A stretch of 64,000 bases of DNA from an uncultured Gemmatimonadales bacterium (lineage in GTDB: Bacteria > Gemmatimonadota > Gemmatimonadetes > Longimicrobiales > Gaopeijiaceae). The stretch is taken from assembly GCA_963823035.1 (NCBI GenBank), contig CAWGKG010000022.1:48651-112650 (forward strand). The letters run 5' to 3'. Under the pieces are notes generated by a model. The model saw only the letters and a program-made list of their open reading frames with translations. It was not told the DNA's origin and ran no database searches. The first letter of the stretch is position 1, and every line of letters starts with the position of its first letter. A program made the translations under genes and the position numbers. Positions 60,765 to 64,000 of the stretch are shown piece by piece.

Positions 60765-61919
60765 TCAGGACCCGCCGCGCCGCGTCCAGACGGCGATCGC
60801 CATGCATGGATTCATCTGCCCGGGCATCACGAACTCCCCGGGGATCTCCGCGAGTCCCTTGTAGACCTCCACCGCTTCGATCTCACTGGACAGGAAGAAG
60901 TCCAGGCCTTCGGACGGGTCCCACATGCGCGGGAACCCGTCCACGAAGACGTTCGGCGTGCACGAGCGGCCGCGGACCTCCACCGTCGTGGCATACCCCC
61001 GCGTATTCACCTGCACGCCGGGCACCTCGCGCAGCAGGTCCGTGACCCGGGCGTTGGGTCGTCGCTCCATGACGTCCCGGGTCAGGACGGTCCCGAAGCC
61101 CACGCTCATCCTGCGGATCAGCCCGTCGATGTCCAGCAGCGCAGCCCGTCGCTGTACCGTGACGTTCAGGCCCTCCAGCTCGAGCGCCTCGCCGGAGAGG
61201 GCGATCTCCGCGATCTGCGTCAGGTCGCCCGCGACACGTACCGCCAATGTGCGCTCGCCGTACCCCAGGTTCTTGACGTCGAGCGTGTAGATGCCCCAGG
61301 GCAACGCGCCCAAGGAGAAGTAGCCGTGCTTGTTGGTGACGGTGCGCCGTCCCGTCTCCTTCAGCGCCACGTCGGCGCCCGAGATCGGCTTGCGCGTCGT
61401 CGCGTCGAAGATCCGCCCGACCAGCTCCCCCGGCTGCGTCGGATCCGAGAGGGGAAGCAGGAGCTGTTGCACGTGGAGCATCCCCGGGTCGACGTCGAGG
61501 GTGACGGGGCTCGACCACACGCGGAGGTGCGCCAGCAACTCGACCTCCCCGCCGGCCGGCACGTTGCAGAACGCGAAGAAGCCGTCGGCGTCCGTGGCCA
61601 CGCCGGCGGTGTCGAGCACCCCGTCCACCTCCCACGCGATGCGCACGTCCGCGCGGGGGAGCGCCACGCCGGACACCGAGTCGACCACGGTGCCGGCGAC
61701 CACCGCTTCCGTCTCGGGGTCGGGAAGCGTGCCGCAGGTGGTGGCGATCGCCTGTCCGATCGCCGAGGCGTCCTGAGCCAGGAGGCCGGGGGGCGGGGCC
61801 AACGTGCCCCCCACCGCCACGAGCGTCGCCGCAGCCAGCCCCACCAAGCGGCACCGGCGCCCCGTCCTTGCCGCGCCGGTGGAGCGGGGGGCACGTTGCC
61901 GCGCGATTCCCGGCACCAC
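60765..61919 (-). CDS. secreted protein with two CarboxypepD_reg-like domains plus a Plug-like C-terminal domain and no barrel (paralogue of 59570..60705)
   Basis: Intact 384 aa. Signal region LVGLAAATLVAVGGTLAPPPGLLAQ. Collinear similarity to the neighbouring gene, including four conserved Cys. Confidence 0.75.
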   Translation of the reverse strand: MVPGIARQRAPRSTGAARTGRRCRLVGLAAATLVAVGGTLAPPPGLLAQDASAIGQAIATTCGTLPDPETEAVVAGTVVDSVSGVALPRADVRIAWEVDGVLDTAGVATDADGFFAFCNVPAGGEVELLAHLRVWSSPVTLDVDPGMLHVQQLLLPLSDPTQPGELVGRIFDATTRKPISGADVALKETGRRTVTNKHGYFSLGALPWGIYTLDVKNLGYGERTLAVRVAGDLTQIAEIALSGEALELEGLNVTVQRRAALLDIDGLIRRMSVGFGTVLTRDVMERRPNARVTDLLREVPGVQVNTRGYATTVEVRGRSCTPNVFVDGFPRMWDPSEGLDFFLSSEIEAVEVYKGLAEIPGEFVMPGQMNPCMAIAVWTRRGGS

Positions 61920-61936
61920 TGTCCATCGAGGTCATC

Positions 61937-64000
61937 ATGGCTGTTCCTGCGCTTCGACGTGTATCCGCTCTCCTGGTCGCCCTCGCCTCCCTGTTCCTAT
62001 ACGCGTCCACCGTCGTCGCGCAACAGGTGGACACCACCGCCTACGCGGGCCTGCGCTTCCGCGAGATCGGTCCGGAGGGCAACCGGGCCATCGCCGCGGT
62101 GGGCGTGCCGGGCGACCCGATGGTCGCGCTGGTGGGTGCGGCCTCGGGCGGCGTCTGGAAGACCGAGGACGGCGGCGTGAACTGGCGCCCCACCTTCGAC
62201 GCGATGGACGCCCAGTCGATCGGCTCGCTCGCGATCGCACCCACGGCCACGAACGAGGTGTGGGCCGGAACGGGCGAGACGTTCATCATCCGCCCCGCCC
62301 TGGCCATGGGCAACGGCATCTACAAGTCGCCGGACGGCGGCGACACGTGGACGCACATGGGCCTCGACAAGGTGGGGCGCATCGGGCGCGTGGTGGTGCA
62401 CCCCCGCGACCACGACGTCGTGTACGCCTGCGCGCTGGGCCACGCCTACGACGACCAGCAGGAGCGCGGCATCTACCGGACGAAGGACGGCGGGAAGACG
62501 TGGGAGCAGGTGCTCTTCGTGAACCCGGGCACAGGGTGCGCGGACCTCGCGATCGATCCGCAGCGGCCGGACATCCTCTTCGCCGGCATGTGGTCGCTGC
62601 GCGTCGACCCGTGGAAGCTCGCATCGGAGGGGACGGGCGGCGGTGTCTACGTGTCGCGCGACGGCGGTGACAGCTGGGCGAAGCTCGCCGCCGACGCCGG
62701 CCTGCCCGCGGCCGACCACACGGTGGGCAAGGTGGCGGTGGGGATCGCGTTCTCGGACCCCGACCGCGTGTACGCGCTCATCGAGGACGACGATCCCTCG
62801 TTCTACCGCTCCGACGACGGCGGCCGGCACTTCCGCCTCATGACGAAGAACCACGACATCAGCGAGCGCTCGTCGTACTACACGCGCTTCGGCATCGACA
62901 CCCGCGACCCCGACCGCGTCTACTTCACGTCCGTGCGCTTCAGCATGAGCCAGGACGGCGGCGCCTCGCTGGTGCCCAACCCGCCGCGGGGCGGCGGCGA
63001 CACGCACGACGTCTGGGTCGACCCGGAGAACCCCGACCGCTTCATGGTCGCGGACGACGGCGGTGCGACGATCACGCTCAACCGCGGGAAGACCTTCCAG
63101 CGCGTGGTGCTGCCCATCGCGCAGATGTACCACGTGCACACCGACAACCAGATCCCGTACAACGTCTACGGCAACCGCCAGGACGGGTACTCCTACTCCG
63201 GCCCGTCGAACTCCCGCTCGTTCGGGATCGTCGAAGGGAACTGGCACTCGGTGGGCGGCTGCGAGTCGGGCTTCGCGATCCCCGACACCGCGGGCGCGAA
63301 CCAGGTGTGGAGCGGTTGCTACGACGGCGGCCTCGAGCTCTACGACCCGCGCACGCAGCAGGTGCGCAACGTGCGCATCTGGCCGGAGGCGTCGTACGGG
63401 TGGCCGCCGTCCGACGTGCGCTACCGGTGGCATTGGACCTTCCCGATCGTGATCTCCCCGCACGACCACAACACCGTGTACGTGGGCAGCCAGGTCGTGC
63501 ACCGCACCCGCGACGAGGGACAGAGCTGGGAGGTCATCAGCCCCGACCTGACGCTCAACGACAAGTCGAAGCAGCAGAGCTCGGGCGGGAAGACCACCGA
63601 CAACCTCATGACCTTCGACGGGTCGCTCCTGTACGCGCTCGCCGAGTCGCCCGTGCAGGCGGGCGTGCTGTGGGCCGGGAGCAACGACGGGCAGATCCAC
63701 GTGAGCCGCGACGGCGGCGGCAACTGGGTGGACGTCGCCAAGAACATCAAGAACCTCCCCGAGTACGGGCAGGTCTCCAACATCGAGCCGTCGCGCTGGG
63801 ACGCGGGCACGGCCTACGTGGCGATCGACTTCCACCAGATGGGGTCCTTCGAGCCGTTCCTCTACAAGACGACGGACTTCGGGGGGAGCTGGACGCGCAT
63901 CGACGCCGGCATCCCCCGCTCCCCCTTCTCCTTCGTGCACGTGGTGCGTGAGGACCCGGTGCGCCCGGGGATGCTCTTCGCGGGCACGGACAACGCCGTC
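61937..64000 (+). CDS. sortilin/VPS10-type BNR-repeat protein (glycosyl-hydrolase-like beta-propeller), 3' partial
   Basis: Not in the ORF track because it has no stop inside the window. My own translation from ATG 61937 gives MAVPALRRVSALLVALASLFLYASTVVAQQ..., with repeated SxDxGxTW motifs (TEDGGVNW, SPDGGDTW, TKDGGKTW, SRDGGDSW, TRDEGQSW, SRDGGGNW, TTDFGGSW). The frame is open to the window end. Confidence 0.85.
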   Translation, partial: MAVPALRRVSALLVALASLFLYASTVVAQQVDTTAYAGLRFREIGPEGNRAIAAVGVPGDPMVALVGAASGGVWKTEDGGVNWRPTFDAMDAQSIGSLAIAPTATNEVWAGTGETFIIRPALAMGNGIYKSPDGGDTWTHMGLDKVGRIGRVVVHPRDHDVVYACALGHAYDDQQERGIYRTKDGGKTWEQVLFVNPGTGCADLAIDPQRPDILFAGMWSLRVDPWKLASEGTGGGVYVSRDGGDSWAKLAADAGLPAADHTVGKVAVGIAFSDPDRVYALIEDDDPSFYRSDDGGRHFRLMTKNHDISERSSYYTRFGIDTRDPDRVYFTSVRFSMSQDGGASLVPNPPRGGGDTHDVWVDPENPDRFMVADDGGATITLNRGKTFQRVVLPIAQMYHVHTDNQIPYNVYGNRQDGYSYSGPSNSRSFGIVEGNWHSVGGCESGFAIPDTAGANQVWSGCYDGGLELYDPRTQQVRNVRIWPEASYGWPPSDVRYRWHWTFPIVISPHDHNTVYVGSQVVHRTRDEGQSWEVISPDLTLNDKSKQQSSGGKTTDNLMTFDGSLLYALAESPVQAGVLWAGSNDGQIHVSRDGGGNWVDVAKNIKNLPEYGQVSNIEPSRWDAGTAYVAIDFHQMGSFEPFLYKTTDFGGSWTRIDAGIPRSPFSFVHVVREDPVRPGMLFAGTDNAV

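Noticed and set aside
61997-63940. A 647-aa minus-strand ORF.
   Set aside because: It is antisense to the BNR/sortilin gene, whose own frame (open from 61937 to the window end) carries repeated SxDxGxTW motifs.

Overview
This is a very GC-rich bacterial chromosomal segment (GC not computed). It is densely packed with about 55 protein-coding genes. I found no rRNA, tRNA, CRISPR array, transposase, integrase or phage gene. The gene content suggests a Gemmatimonadota- or Acidobacteria-like organism; this is an inference from many CarboxypepD_reg/Plug proteins, a sortilin/BNR protein and paired amidohydrolases.

The dominant theme is peptide, amino-acid and glycan scavenging:
- Peptidases: M6, M14, M24, M20 and S51.
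- Amidohydrolases: a D-aminoacylase-like protein and three other amidohydrolase-superfamily proteins.
- Transporters: NSS, APC and two SSS.
- Glycan and sugar genes: GH31, a GH109-like oxidoreductase, galK and a sugar nucleotidyltransferase.
- Housekeeping genes: glyQS, nth, mscL and nfuA-like.

Five points stand out:
1. A run of minus-strand genes (30064 to 21634) is chained by 4-nt start/stop overlaps. It contains an orphan GspE/PilB-type ATPase fused to a C-terminal receiver domain, a zinc-ribbon protein, a HEAT-repeat protein and an unknown protein, flanked by secreted exopeptidases. This is the best candidate for an uncharacterised module.
2. An ECF sigma / anti-sigma / TonB-dependent-receptor-like cluster carries two unknown envelope proteins.
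3. Two tandem paralogues look like TonB-dependent receptors without a barrel ('Plug-only').
4. A putative GalNAc/galactose salvage cluster is present.
5. About 30 reading-frame breaks hit roughly 20 otherwise recognisable genes. They are most likely assembly indels, and they limit every coordinate and completeness call here.

Most long ORFs in the supplied track are antisense or read-through artefacts of the high GC content. All family assignments come from motifs I recognised by eye, not from database searches.
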